DNA of 58,934 nt, filler included, from Sphacelaria rigidula (Eukaryota): NCBI GenBank assembly GCA_964200075.2. It is 7 parts of 7 records of this genome, joined end to end, with 100 filler letters (N's around TTAATTAATTAA, not from the genome) between each part and the next. Parts side by side here need not be neighbours in the genome. Positions count along the whole stretch, not along the records: positions 16,869 to 25,202 come from CAXNAA020011486.1; positions 25,303 to 33,635 come from CAXNAA020011487.1; positions 33,736 to 42,068 come from CAXNAA020011488.1; 4 more parts are not named here. One strand, given 5' to 3'. The notes beneath the pieces are model-generated. The model was not told the DNA's origin. It searched no databases and worked only from the letters and a program-made list of their open reading frames with translations. Shown one piece after another: positions 23,749 to 35,338 of the stretch. Both the position numbers and the translations under genes were made by a program. How positions within the stretch are numbered: position 1 is the stretch's first letter; each line of letters opens with the position of its first letter.

Positions 23749-23955
23749 CGAATCATCACTGATCCGAGTCACCAAATCCACAATTTTTCAGGCCTGATTG
23801 CTCGAACGAGATAAAAAAAAGATGTGACCGCTGGGTGAAAGGTCTCCACAAAAGTTTTGCGCCATTTCACGTGCCTGGGCTGCGTGTAGCTGAGTTGCAA
23901 CGCTGAAAAAAAAGCCCAGGGATCGGTTCGTACGGTACGAATCAATTACACTAGT
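23749..23955 (+). repeat. ~200-bp dispersed repeat
   Basis: Reverse-complement similarity to 29747-29948 (CACCAAATCCAC..TTTT..GCCTGATTGCTC..GACCGCTGG..GTTGCAACGCTG..CGTACGAATCAAT) and a partial copy at 33576-33635. Confidence 0.75.
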
Positions 23956-25202
23956 AACAAGTATTTCCAGATGAATCATTCATTCGTCTGACCCATGCAC
24001 CGCCGCGCCCCGGTTGTCCACAACTGATACACGAGCCTCCAATTACACAGGTCACGAGCTTGAATCCCCACACGACCATTTTTGTCCCCAAAGCCTGGCA
24101 GATTTTTTTTTCCAACCGTAAGAAAAACAATCATCATCCGAGATTTGATCGAGGAAAACCGGTGAAGCCCAGTCCCATTTGGATGTTTTTCTTTATGCTC
24201 GTTGTATGTTACAATCGGCTCCAAAGTCCTCTCTCACGATGGAGCTGCTGACCAGCTTGATGCCATCCCGCAGCATTCCTAGTGCACTCTTGACTGCGCG
24301 TGTCAAAGGTGTCATGCGTAGTTCCCCCGCGTTTCCTACAAAAAAAAACTCTCAAAACACGCTCTTACGCCATGAAATGAGACGCACCCAGTACTCAATG
24401 TAGTACAATAACGTCACGCCAAAAAACTGCGCCAATCAACCAGCGGCGAAGTCGTGCATTACCAGGTTGGTCTGCGGTTCACAGCGATATGCTTCAATCG
24501 GACTGATTTGGGAACCTTGACAAGTTATTGTGTGTGCTGTGCGTTTGTAAGTTTTACGGCTGGCCCCTGTTGTATATATACTTTTGTGAAATGGGCACAG
24601 TAGTGTGCTTCATGTCGTGGTCTGTCAGGAAATCCGGCGAGGAGAAGTCGCGATGAAAGGAGGCTTTGGTTGAGGTTGGTGCTTGTTTCATGGTAGATAT
24701 CGAGTATAGTCCACGGCTGGCGCTGGTGTTGAGGCTACGCAAGTCGATGCTAAATCGTGTTGCAGTCTTAATTTGTCACGCTTTTAACCCCTCCTCTTCT
24801 TGGGAACGACCCCCCACTCCAGCCTGGTCCGGCGAGAACCCGGCGTGCTCCGTCCCGGCTTTGTAGGGGCGGACCTCCGATGGGGTTGGCGTCAGTTGGC
24901 GATGAAGCTGTAGAATTTGCCACTCACTGCGTAGGGCTGGGCAACCAGGTTACCATTTTTTTTGCGCGCTTGCGTTTTTTTTGTGGTTATCATGATGGTG
25001 GTCGAGCTAGATCATGTTGTGCGGCGTGGGAGAACCTGAACTCCGCACAGTGGGGATAATCGTACGATGTGGTGTTTATGTGGTGAGACACGCATGAGGC
25101 AGTGTAAAAGCCGTGGCTGTCTCTGGAAGTGACGATACCAGAAAAAGAAGCAACTCATTGTAGGCTGTCATCCAGATGCAAGATGATCAATACGCTTCGG
25201 GC

Positions 25203-25302
25203 NNNNNNNNNNNNNNNNNNNNNNNNNNNNNNNNNNNNNNNNNNNNTTAATTAATTAANNNNNNNNNNNNNNNNNNNNNNNNNNNNNNNNNNNNNNNNNN
25301 NN
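25203..25302. other. Artificial scaffold linker
   Basis: N44-TTAATTAATTAA-N44. Confidence 0.98.
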
Positions 25303-25396
<94 letters not shown>

Positions 25397-25411
25397 AAAA
25401 AAAAAAAAAAA

Positions 25412-25461
<50 letters not shown>

Positions 25462-25468
25462 AAAAAAA
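25303..25468 (+). repeat. Poly-A tract at scaffold start
   Basis: About 165 nt of nearly pure A. Confidence 0.95.
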
Positions 25469-26435
25469 GTAGAACAGAACATCATGGTAAACTAAGACGT
25501 AGAAAGGAAAAAAAGAAGAAAAGAAATGGCCGGTGTCTTTGCCACATGGCTTTGGCGTACAAGGTCCTGCGCAGAACCATATTCATGCCCAGTCGAAGAG
25601 AACAAAAGGTCGAAAAAGAAGCGTGGTACCACACTGCTCTGCCATACACCGGCAGGAAAAAGCACAGATACAGCGAAAAAGATGGGGAAATGGGAGAAAC
25701 AGGGAAGGAGACCACAGAAGTGAAGCCCAAAGAGTTTAGGGCAGCAGAGTAGATACAGACACACACCAGTGGGCCCGCAGAGCCACCTACTAAGGACACG
25801 ATCAACAACCGATATCAGCAGACAGGATTCTTAGATTGGTGGCCCTCAACGCAGCGGCCTCTCGTTTGTGACGGGGGTCCGATTCTCGTTTGTCCGCGTG
25901 TCGCCATCAAGTGAACCGAATGTATAATTACCAGGCACATCGCGAGTACAAGTAACCATACGAGTGCAACAAGAAAAAAAAACGAGAAGTAGGCCACCGT
26001 TTTGCCGGAGCCTGCCGGCTCATAGCTGCTATTCAAGTCGAAGCATAAACTGCGGTGTTACCAACCTGTAGGTGCTGAATAAGCAGCCATGTTTAGCATC
26101 CTTGGACATACCCAAGCCCTTGCTGGAAGCAGAGTCCAACCCCTGCAAAGTCGAGTTTCGCACACCGGGATCCAATTTGGTTTTTGAAAACCAGACAAAT
26201 CCAGCTCACTCATCAAAGTTCCATGACTTCACTTCGAAGCGCTGGATTTTGCTGACCGTCCACAACTTCCAAATATTTTGAGCCATGGATATATATGAAC
26301 ACCCGATTCGGGACAGCGTATACCCACCCGGAATCGGGTATGGGTAGGGTGGTACTGCACCGCGATGTACCTGAAAGCCTTTCTGTTTCATGTCTTGAGG
26401 CTCAAAACAGTCAGCACCGCCGAACATTTTGCCAA

Positions 26436-26436
<1 letters not shown>

Positions 26437-26471
<35 letters not shown>
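26437..26471 (+). repeat. (CA)n microsatellite
   Basis: About 17 units. Confidence 0.95.
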
Positions 26472-26474
<3 letters not shown>

Positions 26475-27077
26475 TGTCGAGGCATCGTTGCATTCACGAT
26501 CCCAAAGTATCGCCATACTGTGAGCAAAACCAAAATACTACTCTTACGGTGTGCCGTGATTGTCGAAATGGGTGAGTGAGTTTTCGCGGCGTCGGATGCT
26601 GTAACGTGATGTCGCTACTGTCAAGTCTAACACGATAGAACTCGCAGTAAGTTGAGCTCGAACATCATTGAATGACTACGTTAACGTGGGGCAGAAGTAT
26701 ACCAAATACTTCCGGGTACGGCATCAACAGCATGAGAGTACTCTTAGGGTTAAACAATATGAACTGCGCGTACCTGGCAGCCATCGATAACGCTGATGTG
26801 GCAGCCGACATCGCGCAAATCCCTCTGTGCATCCAACCTCAAGTCGTTCGAAATACTGCACAGTTGAGTTAGGCATGAGGCGGGCATGAGGCGGGCATGA
26901 GGCGGGGGAAGGCGGGATGCAACTGTACATCGAAACCAACAGTCTGGCAATTGCTACAACACAACAATCAAGTGTGTCGTGATGCTACATTAGATAGCGC
27001 TGACTTAACGCCCCATCGCCACCTCCTTGTGAGCCGCAACTCCCCCTCGCGGGAAATGTCCTTCCTGCTTTGTGCTG

Positions 27078-28024
27078 AACCTGCATGCGGATGGCTACTG
27101 CTTTGCGAACGACGCTTCTCGCCGCGTACCGGCGATATCTTGTGCACGCTGTCTAAAGCCATATTCGTCTTTCATTATGCCTTATGAAGGGTAATAGCGC
27201 ATCACCCAACTTCATAGATTCCCCCGCATGCACCGCGAGAGAAACTCCCATTCGGAATAGCACCTTCGCCAAGTCTAACACTTTGGGGCTGCCCACGGGG
27301 CCTTCTACCATGCACAGTAGCTCTTGCGCTGATGTGCCCGTCAGCAAGACCCTTACGACTTCCGCCTCACAAAGCTGGACGGTCGTGAGCTGGAACTGTA
27401 GCCTTTCCCCCGCTCGGCCTTCCCGCGCCTCATCGGAGGACAGTCCTGTCGAGCTACCGCCACCTCTACCCCCTTCTGCTCGTTTCATATCCCAGCGCTG
27501 TCTTCTTGGAACCTCTCAGCCCAAAATCTGCTATCGTGTTCCCCTTACCTAAGGGCTAAGACAAACACGATGGGACATTTGGGGCTGAGAGGTCCCAAGA
27601 GGATGGCGCTGGAAACATGCAGCGAGCAGAAGGAGGCAGCAGTGGCGGTCGCTCGACAGGACCGTCCTCAGGTGAGGCGCGGGAAGGACGAACGGGGGAG
27701 AGGCTCTAGTTCCAGCTCACGCTCCGTCCAGCTTTGTGAGGCGGAAGTCGTTGAAGTCTTTTTGGCGGGAACATCAGCGCAAGAACTGTCGTGCATGGTA
27801 GAACCCCCCGTGGGCAGCCCCAAAGTGTTAGACTTGGCGAGGGTGCTGTTCAGAACGGGAGTTTGTCTCGCGATGCATGCGGGGGCATCTATGAATTTGG
27901 GTGATGCGCTATCACCATTCATGAGGCGAACATGAAGGACGGCGAATATGGCTTCAGACAGCAACAGGATATCGCCGCAGCGCGGCCAAAAGCGTCACAA
28001 ATCACCAGCTGTTTGCATACAGGT
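27078..28024. repeat. Long imperfect inverted repeat (~460-bp arms, 23-nt loop at 27541-27563)
   Basis: GCCAAGTCTAACACTTTGGGGCTGCCCACGGGG pairs with CCCCGTGGGCAGCCCCAAAGTGTTAGACTTGGC, and colinear matching continues to both ends. The ORF track shows mirrored peptides VQLCEAEVV..GTSAQEL.CMVE.PVGSPKVLDLA. Confidence 0.95.
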
Positions 28025-28322
28025 CCATGGCCGCGGCCGCGTTGGCTGCCTGCCTCGAGAATCTTACGGTGGTATCGATTCGAGGGGCGGAGTACGTCAT
28101 ACTGCCGGAGAAAAGAGGGTGCACAAGAGAGGGCGAGACAACAGCTGGAACAGAGTCGGCAACAAGGGAGGAAGGCACTAGCGGGCAGGGCAGCAGCGGT
28201 GGGCAAGAGGAAAATAAAGGCCAAGAAGATGGCACAGACGACGCGGAAAATGGGGAGGGTCAGCGCGGGGGTGCGCGCGAGAGAAAGCTCCCGGAGGACG
28301 AGGTAAGTAGCGACGTCTTCAA

Positions 28323-28440
28323 CCCTTTTGGAACCCACTGACGATTCTTGTTTTTGTGAATCGGCATCATATTGACTTGAAAATGACTGAAGATTATGCC
28401 GATTCACAAAAACAGGAATCGTCAACGGGTTCCAAAAGGG
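28323..28440. mobile_element. 118-bp palindromic piggyBac-like MITE
   Basis: TCAA|CCCTTTTGGAACCC...GGGTTCCAAAAGGG|TTGA, same family as 17923-18040. Confidence 0.8.
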
Positions 28441-28649
28441 TTGAACTGCTGCAAGGATACGTTCATCCCGGCGGCACGGCGATGCCGAAGGAGGTGAGTT
28501 AGGCGGGCAAAAAGGGAGTAGAGTCGCGAGCAAGGTAAAGCAGTGAAAGCGAGAAGAAAGATATCAAGGCGGCGAATAGTCAAGCAGGGGGTTGGACATT
28601 CAAGCACAAGTATGAGCAGCTGGCCGAACATTTTACGCGGCAGTAAGAG

Positions 28650-31500
28650 AATATTGAAGTGAAAAAGATCCAAGGTGCGTCACCGAGCAGCGAGGCACCC
28701 AGCACAACTTCATGCTGCGCTGATCAGAGTGTGGGCACGGAAGAGCCGCAGCTAGCGCAGCGTGGGTAGCAAAGAGGTAGGGCGGTAACATGCGTCATTT
28801 CGAGGGCGGGAGTGCATCTGGCCGTTTCGAAGGCGGGTGTGTGGCTGGTTATTTCGAGGGCAGGCGCGAGACAGGTGCGGCGGTTCAAGGCCACCATCGG
28901 GCGAGGTGGGGGCCTACAGTGGTATACGCGCATGGAATGAAGCATCAAGTTGATAGTTGGCAGTAGCGGCAGCTGGATTGAACAGTTACAGCGCAGTGAT
29001 GGCGCAGTATGCAAGGGGCAGAACACTGGGGGGAAATACCGCAAGGAATACATACATCAGAGGGTAGGCTAGACACGTAGTCCATGGTGCGCAGGATATT
29101 GTACATGACGCGGGGTTGTGAGTCGAGCGCACTCGGTGTCCGATGATACTGAGATTCACCGGGAGCGGTATGCGGGAGCGGTATGCGAAACTGGAGTGAT
29201 TCGTGTGAAAGTAAATGCGGTGCGTGGCGGGCGGGCGGTAAGCTATTATAGTACGAAAAGTTTCAACGGGTGAGGTGTGCAGTTGTGAATGGTGAGGGCA
29301 CCGCAGGCAGGGCGTGAAAGGGCGGCCGGGAGTAGCGAGGGGCGATGGAAAAAGGCGCGTGAGGGGTAGAGTGCGGATAGATGGAATCGAACTGCGGGTT
29401 AAAGGTGAGAAATAAATATTGAGTGCAGGGTAGGCACTATGAAGATGCAGAGCGCTGGAGAGTATAGTAGCATGATCCACGAATGTCAATGGCCATTGCC
29501 ATGCCCGACGGGAATGCAAAACAACCGGCTCAATTTCTGTGCGGGCTGCGCGTGTGCAATGCGAATATCAATAGCCAATGACATTCTCGATGGGAATGCT
29601 CAACAACCTGCTCAAATGCTGTGCGAGCTGTGCGAGCTGTGCGAGCTATGCGTATGCACTGTGTGTGCTGTGCATTTATGCGAACGAAGCGGTCCTAAGT
29701 ATTCCAATGGTCGGATGAATTGTTGTGGTCTGGAAATTACTTGATCTTAGTCTGATTGATTCGTACGGTAAGAATCAATTCTCAGGCTTTGTTTGCAGCG
29801 TTGCAACCCAGGTACGCGCAGTCTAGGCACGTGGAACGGCGCGAAAATTGCATGGAGATCTTTTTGACCAGCGGTCAACTTTTTTCTCTTTGTTGAGCAA
29901 TCAGGCTAGAAAATCGTGGATTTGGTGATTCGAATCTGGGATGATTCGTCCGAACCGTGAAGCATTCTGATTAAAGAGGGCGGAGCTACATGGGAAGAAT
30001 TGAAGTGGCGCTACAGGCGCCACAGGACGAAGCCGACCACAGCGGGCTCCTTCAGGAGCACCACTTGTTCCGGCAACGGATCATGCGAGGGGATAATGTA
30101 GCGAAGGCACGGCAGTTCCGTGCGAGTCATTAACTAGTCATTGACTGGATGGTAGACCTGGTGCTGCTGACCGGGCAGAGCGTGGCCACGAAAACGCTGC
30201 GAGAGGATTAACACAGGATGCGGCAGCGGATACTAACGCACAAGGCGGGTCAGCGGGTGCAGAGGCCGCCAAAGAGCCAGGAGAGACAATAAGGAAGGGG
30301 GTACGGGGGAACAGGCTCCGGCCAGCCGCAGCTTTACCCAGGCAGGAGCCAGTTCCTGGTAGTGGGGCAGATGGCTCATGGAGCGGCGCAGGCGCAATTT
30401 CGGAAGGGAGGAGGCGGCGTGTAGGTCACGCTGGCGGAGAGAGCGGAAAGGGCGCAACAGCATGCCCAAAAGCACAGCGAATAACCAGTCACCCCCCTGC
30501 CGGCAATTCAAGGCCTTGTCTGCCGTGACTGCCAGAGGGCAAATCGCCCTTTCCAGCACAGATTCGAGATGTGCGCATGGACGGGGTGCACAATTTACAT
30601 GGGTGGGGCACGTGGTAGCAAACTGCCAGAGGGCAGTGGTGCCGGAGTGGGAAAAGAGCACCCAGCAGGGGGAGTCTGGGCGAAGGGCCGGCACCTACGG
30701 AAGGAGAGCGTGACAAGCGGCATGGAGGACTCCGCGGGAGGAAGCGTGGAAGACGGTTGGCAAGAATCGGAATGATGGTATGAGGTGGTGAAGAGCAGAG
30801 CTAAGGGTAGTACATCGTGAGGAAATGTGTGGAGTCGAAATTCGGGAGGGCGCGGGGAGAGACATTTCGGAAAATGGGCCAAAAACAGCATGATTTCAGG
30901 CAGCGTGTCGTCGAGAGCCGCAGGAGAAATCAGGGAGGAAGTCTATATGGTCAACTGAGCAGGTGGTGGCCAAGGTAGGTGGTATGGGCATGGTTTGAAG
31001 GGATGCCTGGCAAAATTCATGCCAAGGAAATCCTACGAAAATACATTTGTGAATACATGGCACGAGCGCCGGCCTAGTGCGTGGCATAAATACCTGGGCG
31101 GGTGGGTAGAAATGGGGGGCAGTGTGCGAAAAAAATGGATAGGATGGCACAAAAATATGTGTGTGGTGGGCTACACGAATATCCAATGGGCGAGGCAGCG
31201 GAGAAGCAAGGGAGGGGAGGATATGTTTTTCTTTATACAGGTGCGCTGCAGGCATGCCCAATGAAAGAGTGGCATTATCTGAAATGTAAAGGCGCAGGGT
31301 AGCGCCGGAGAGTCGTGGGACTCGTTGCAGCGGAGGGGTAGCAGCGGGGAAGAGGCGAGTGCAGGGATATGAGCGTAGAGGCGGTGGGAAGGTCAGTAAG
31401 TGGCGGGGACATGATGCATTATGACTATAGGAGAAGTGGGTAAGGAGCGGCGGCGTAGCTAGACATGTAGCGGACAAATTGGGGGAAATGTGCAGCAACC
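28650..31500 (+). mobile_element. Possible heavily decayed non-LTR (LINE) ORF2 remnant
   Basis: Purine-rich strand with faint RT-like motifs in the expected order (AAQAQFRKG near 30390, STQQGE near 30660, HKYLG near 31090). No intact ORF. Confidence 0.3.
29747..29948 (-). repeat. ~200-bp dispersed repeat (copy of 23749-23955)
   Basis: Colinear reverse-complement match. Confidence 0.75.
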
Positions 31501-31734
31501 CTGGAATGAGGGTGAATCGGAATTGATGTTCAATCAGCGGCGTAAGAGGTACGGGAGTGCTGAGGGTATTTTACATGTTATTTATGCACGTGAACAGCGC
31601 GGCGGGGATGAAAGAGTCTGTATAGCTGAGATCAAAGAAATAAGAGTATGCAGGATCAGTTAAAGAGCAAGGTGCGGATGGAGCTGAGTAAAGAAAAGAC
31701 TTGCGGGTCGCAGCGACGAGGCGCTGGGCGTTAA

Positions 31735-32395
31735 TAAAGCTGATTAGCATTCCACGAGAGACCATCGCTTGTGAACAACGAACTTAGTTCGGGTGGCGAG
31801 GGGGGATATGGGGGCAGTGGGCACTTGTATTGGAATGCACCTTGGCGCAGAACTGCGAGCAGCGCAAAAGCACCAGGCGAATTCGACGACGATAGCTGCC
31901 TTGCGGATCGGGGCACAAGCCCGGCCGTCGGCCGATCGAGCTCAGCGAAGGTGAATACGATTGATGATCCACAAACAAGAGCACGAGATAACATGAAAGG
32001 TATTTCTCGTGAGGGAAAGGGAGAGTTGCTGGTCGCAACGCCGGAGCGCTGGGGACGTGGATAAAGCTGGTTAGTATCATCGCGCCGGACACTATCGCCC
32101 GTGAGCATCGAACTTGGCTCGAGTCACGAGGAGCACACTTGTATTGAGATACACCTCGGCGCAGGACGACTGAGAGACACAAAAGCAACCAGGCCAAGCC
32201 AACGAACGCAGTAAAAGATCAACACTTACAATAATCGATACGCGGCAATGCTTGCAATAACATGAAATACATTGCCGGCGAGGGAGAGTTGCTGGTCGCA
32301 GCCCAAGAACGCTGGGACGAAAAGTGGCACTGATGAGCATCACACAGGAAATCAACACTCGCTAGGATCGAACTTGCTTCGAGCCACGAGGAGAA
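31735..32395 (+). repeat. Degenerate tandem repeat of ~280-330 bp (~2.2 copies)
   Basis: CACTTGTATTG..CACCT.GGCGCAG and ATAACATGAAA..AGGGAGAGTTGCTGGTCGCA each occur twice; CGAACTT occurs three times in register. Confidence 0.7.
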
Positions 32396-33635
32396 ATGTA
32401 GGGGGTCTCATCGTTATGATCACTTTTATTCACATTTTCACCTTTTCCCTTCCTCGGGACGAGTCCGTTGTCTCATGTCTCAAGGTCTCATGTCTCGAGG
32501 GATCAGCCCACCTCTCCCCCGGTACACGCCTTGGTGCCACGGATTGGATCATGACTACTAGGACTTCCATACCGCGTCGATTCTCGTCAAACAAACTCCT
32601 CTTGCTACTCACATCACCAAGCTTTCGACGACAGAAATCATATACCTCACGAAGAAGGAAAGTCAAATACACATTCCGGAATTCAACCCTCATTCTTCCG
32701 ACATGATGGTTTCACTTCTATCGTTAGACCACCAGGGAGCAGTGGGATAATTGCCAGAGGACGTGAATGCTAACGCCGGCGTGAGCCGCGGCCTATGTCC
32801 AACGGCGTGCATATGCAAGGTTCACCTGGCAGCAAGCACACATTCCCTGGATACACAACGGTGTCGCTTGCCATGAGGTATTTGCGCTACAACAGTATTA
32901 ATATCACACGTACGGATCAAACAGCGTTCAAGTAAAACTACAGTGCGATTGGTGGAACTCTGCGAGGTGGACTACTCTCCACGCGTTACCTGAACCACAC
33001 GTGCTTCTTCCTCCCCCTCGCCCAAGAGTCCAGCAAGATCCCAGCTATTTGACGACCCTGCGACAAATGGGATTCGTACGAAGTACATACGTATATCAGA
33101 GTATTTACATGCTACTGTACGTCGCAGACTTCTCGGCGGAACAAGTGGAAATAAACAAATACTGGGCGTTATCTAGGCCACCTCCGCAGGGTGATGCGCT
33201 GGCAACAGGCAAACTGTGACCAACTATAATACAGGCAGTGCGATCGCCCACACGTAGCACGGTCCCTGCGTGACCCTCATTGACATCGCACATGCGTGGA
33301 CATGCTGTAGACATACTGTATTGTATTGTGTACACAATGCCGCTGCACCCCGGTGGGTGTGGCTGGTACTGGCACAACTAAAAGCTCTTCGGAGATTGAG
33401 GGTCTGAATTCCGGCAGACGCATGAGGATTTTTTCCCAACACTAATCTGATTCTGGCCGTTGAACACAGGAGAAGGGGAGTAGCAAATACGCACAAGAAG
33501 GCTATTTAACGGTAGGCGACGCGGTGCGGGAGAGCTGATACAATCAAATCCACGACACAAAAATATTTTACGGTCAGGACAAATCATCACGACTCAAGAT
33601 CACCAAATTCACGATTTCTTCTGCCTGATTGCCCG

Positions 33636-33735
33636 NNNNNNNNNNNNNNNNNNNNNNNNNNNNNNNNNNNNNNNNNNNNTTAATTAATTAANNNNNNNNN
33701 NNNNNNNNNNNNNNNNNNNNNNNNNNNNNNNNNNN
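33636..33735. other. Artificial scaffold linker
   Basis: N44-TTAATTAATTAA-N44. Confidence 0.98.
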
Positions 33736-34192
33736 GCCCCAAAACCCATGGGGGGTCCCCCCCAAAAAAGCGGGGAGGGTGGACGCGGGGTTGCCGCGGG
33801 GCAGGGGGTTGGGGGGGGGGGGGGGGGAGTCAATGTAAATGAGGACGGACAAAACAAGACTTAAAATCGGTTTCCACATGATGATTGTTTCATACGTGCT
33901 GCTACAGGAGTCTATTCCGGTAAATGAAAACTGCCCACACCCCAATGCCCTGTTTTCACGGGTACAGTATGTGTTTCCGTGTTGAAGACGCGTCCGGAGA
34001 TCTTTCTGTCGGCGTCGATAGAAAACAAAGCTGTCATTGGTTTCCCCTCAAGCAGATCGAAACTTGCACTTTTCACCACCCGCAGTATGATCCCTGGTCC
34101 TGTTCAATACCCTTTCCGCCCGCCGCGCTCCCTCGTCGCGCGTTTGTTTTCAAAATCATGTTACATTCTGATCGTCTTGTCATCTAAAATAG

Positions 34193-35338
34193 ATATTGCG
34201 CTGTATCGACTCGATCCAGCTGACCGCCACCCGCAGCCTAGCCACACCGGCAAACTGGGTTGAAGGAGGCGAATGCATGATCCTACCCAGCGTCGGGGCC
34301 AAAGATGCCGCCGAAAAATTCCCAGGGGTAAGTGTAGTTGGAAGGCATACGTACTGTTGTGTGAGTCTCTTCCGGTGGTGAGAATAGCGACGTACTTTGG
34401 TAGAAGGGACAATAAATCCGTCCAGTTCAACTTCTAATAAAGGAAAAATAAGTGGGAATTAGCCTGGACGTGTTCAGTATTTATCATCCCGATCTTCTCG
34501 GTGTCCAATTTACGACATGTATTGGTGATTCACTACTGTGATTCGTCTAGCATACGATGCTTCGTGCGTATTTGCGTATTTGGTGAGCTCGTTCGATTGT
34601 TCTACAACCACGAGTTGGCAGCACTCGAGTGTTCAACTCGCGCTTGTGGAACAATTTGACCGGCGTGTCCAACGAAACAAAGCTTATTTTGCTATCATAA
34701 CGTGGGTCTATGTTGGGGAGTGCAAGCGCGGTACAGGTGTAAGTCACGCCCTCCATCTGTTTTTCTTCTCGAGATGTGCGCTCCTTTGAGGACCCGTAGA
34801 ACCTTCTAGTCTGCTGAAAACCTCGCACGGCGTACGTCATTCGCTAAATTGGTGTATCCCAACCGTACTCCCACAGTGGTGTAGGCGCCATCTGTGTTCG
34901 CTGGATCCTACTTGATCAACAGTATCCAAAATCTCCTCAGCCTTCTTGCTTGTCTTTGCCCCCTCCCTGACCCCGGATGCTCCGTCTCGAAAGGGATACG
35001 TGGTCAATGGTCAAACGACGCAGGCAAGCAGCATATGAGTACCCCCCCCCCCCCCCCCCCTCCCCCCCTCCCCCCCCCACCCCCCTGGCCCGCCCCCTCC
35101 CTNNNNNNNNNNGCATAGAAAGGCTTCCCGGGACCATGTTGCACAGACGCGCGGGAACGCCTTCAAGCCCCCCCCCCCCCCCCCCCCTCCCCTAATCCCG
35201 GACTCTCCTGCGCGGCCTCCCCGCGCTCTTTTTCGCGTTTTTCATGTTCGCTGCTCCGTGGGAAATGAAAATGAATAGTTCAAGACAGCAGAAGTGCCGT
35301 CGGGAAAAGGCTACATCAGGATGACGAAGCCGGAATAG
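34193..35338 (+). CDS. PRDX6: 1-Cys peroxiredoxin (Prx6 family), last two exons 34193-34327 and 35279-35338
   Basis: tag|ILRCIDSIQLTATRSLATPANWVEGGECMILPSVGAKDAAEKFPG|gtaagt ... tag|FKTAEVPSGKGYIRMTKPE*. This matches the Prx6 C-terminus (ILR..SLQLT...ATP..W..G...P...A...FP...PSGK.Y.R.T). Confidence 0.93.
34977..35102 (-). repeat. Poly-G-anchored repeat plus C-rich tract inside the peroxiredoxin intron, beside a 10-N gap
   Basis: ATGCTCCGTCTCGAAAGGGATACGTGGTCAATGGTCAAACGAC..GGCAAGCA..ATGAGTA followed by C-runs. Confidence 0.85.

Noticed and set aside
22862-25202. Further CYFIP exons
   Set aside because: The expected next peptide (VIAMIKGL-like) was not found with a credible acceptor; the region is mostly repeats.
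25251-25485. Poly-Phe ORFs
   Set aside because: Translation of the poly-A tract and the linker.
25470-25910. Possible 3' end and UTR of a LINE on the minus strand
   Set aside because: Only a faint RHKREA-like peptide and a pyrimidine-rich tail; no RT is present, and the homopolymer would be poly-T on that strand.
32430-32693. Possible copia RNase H fragment (FLLREVYDF..LFDEN)
   Set aside because: The resemblance is too weak to support by eye.
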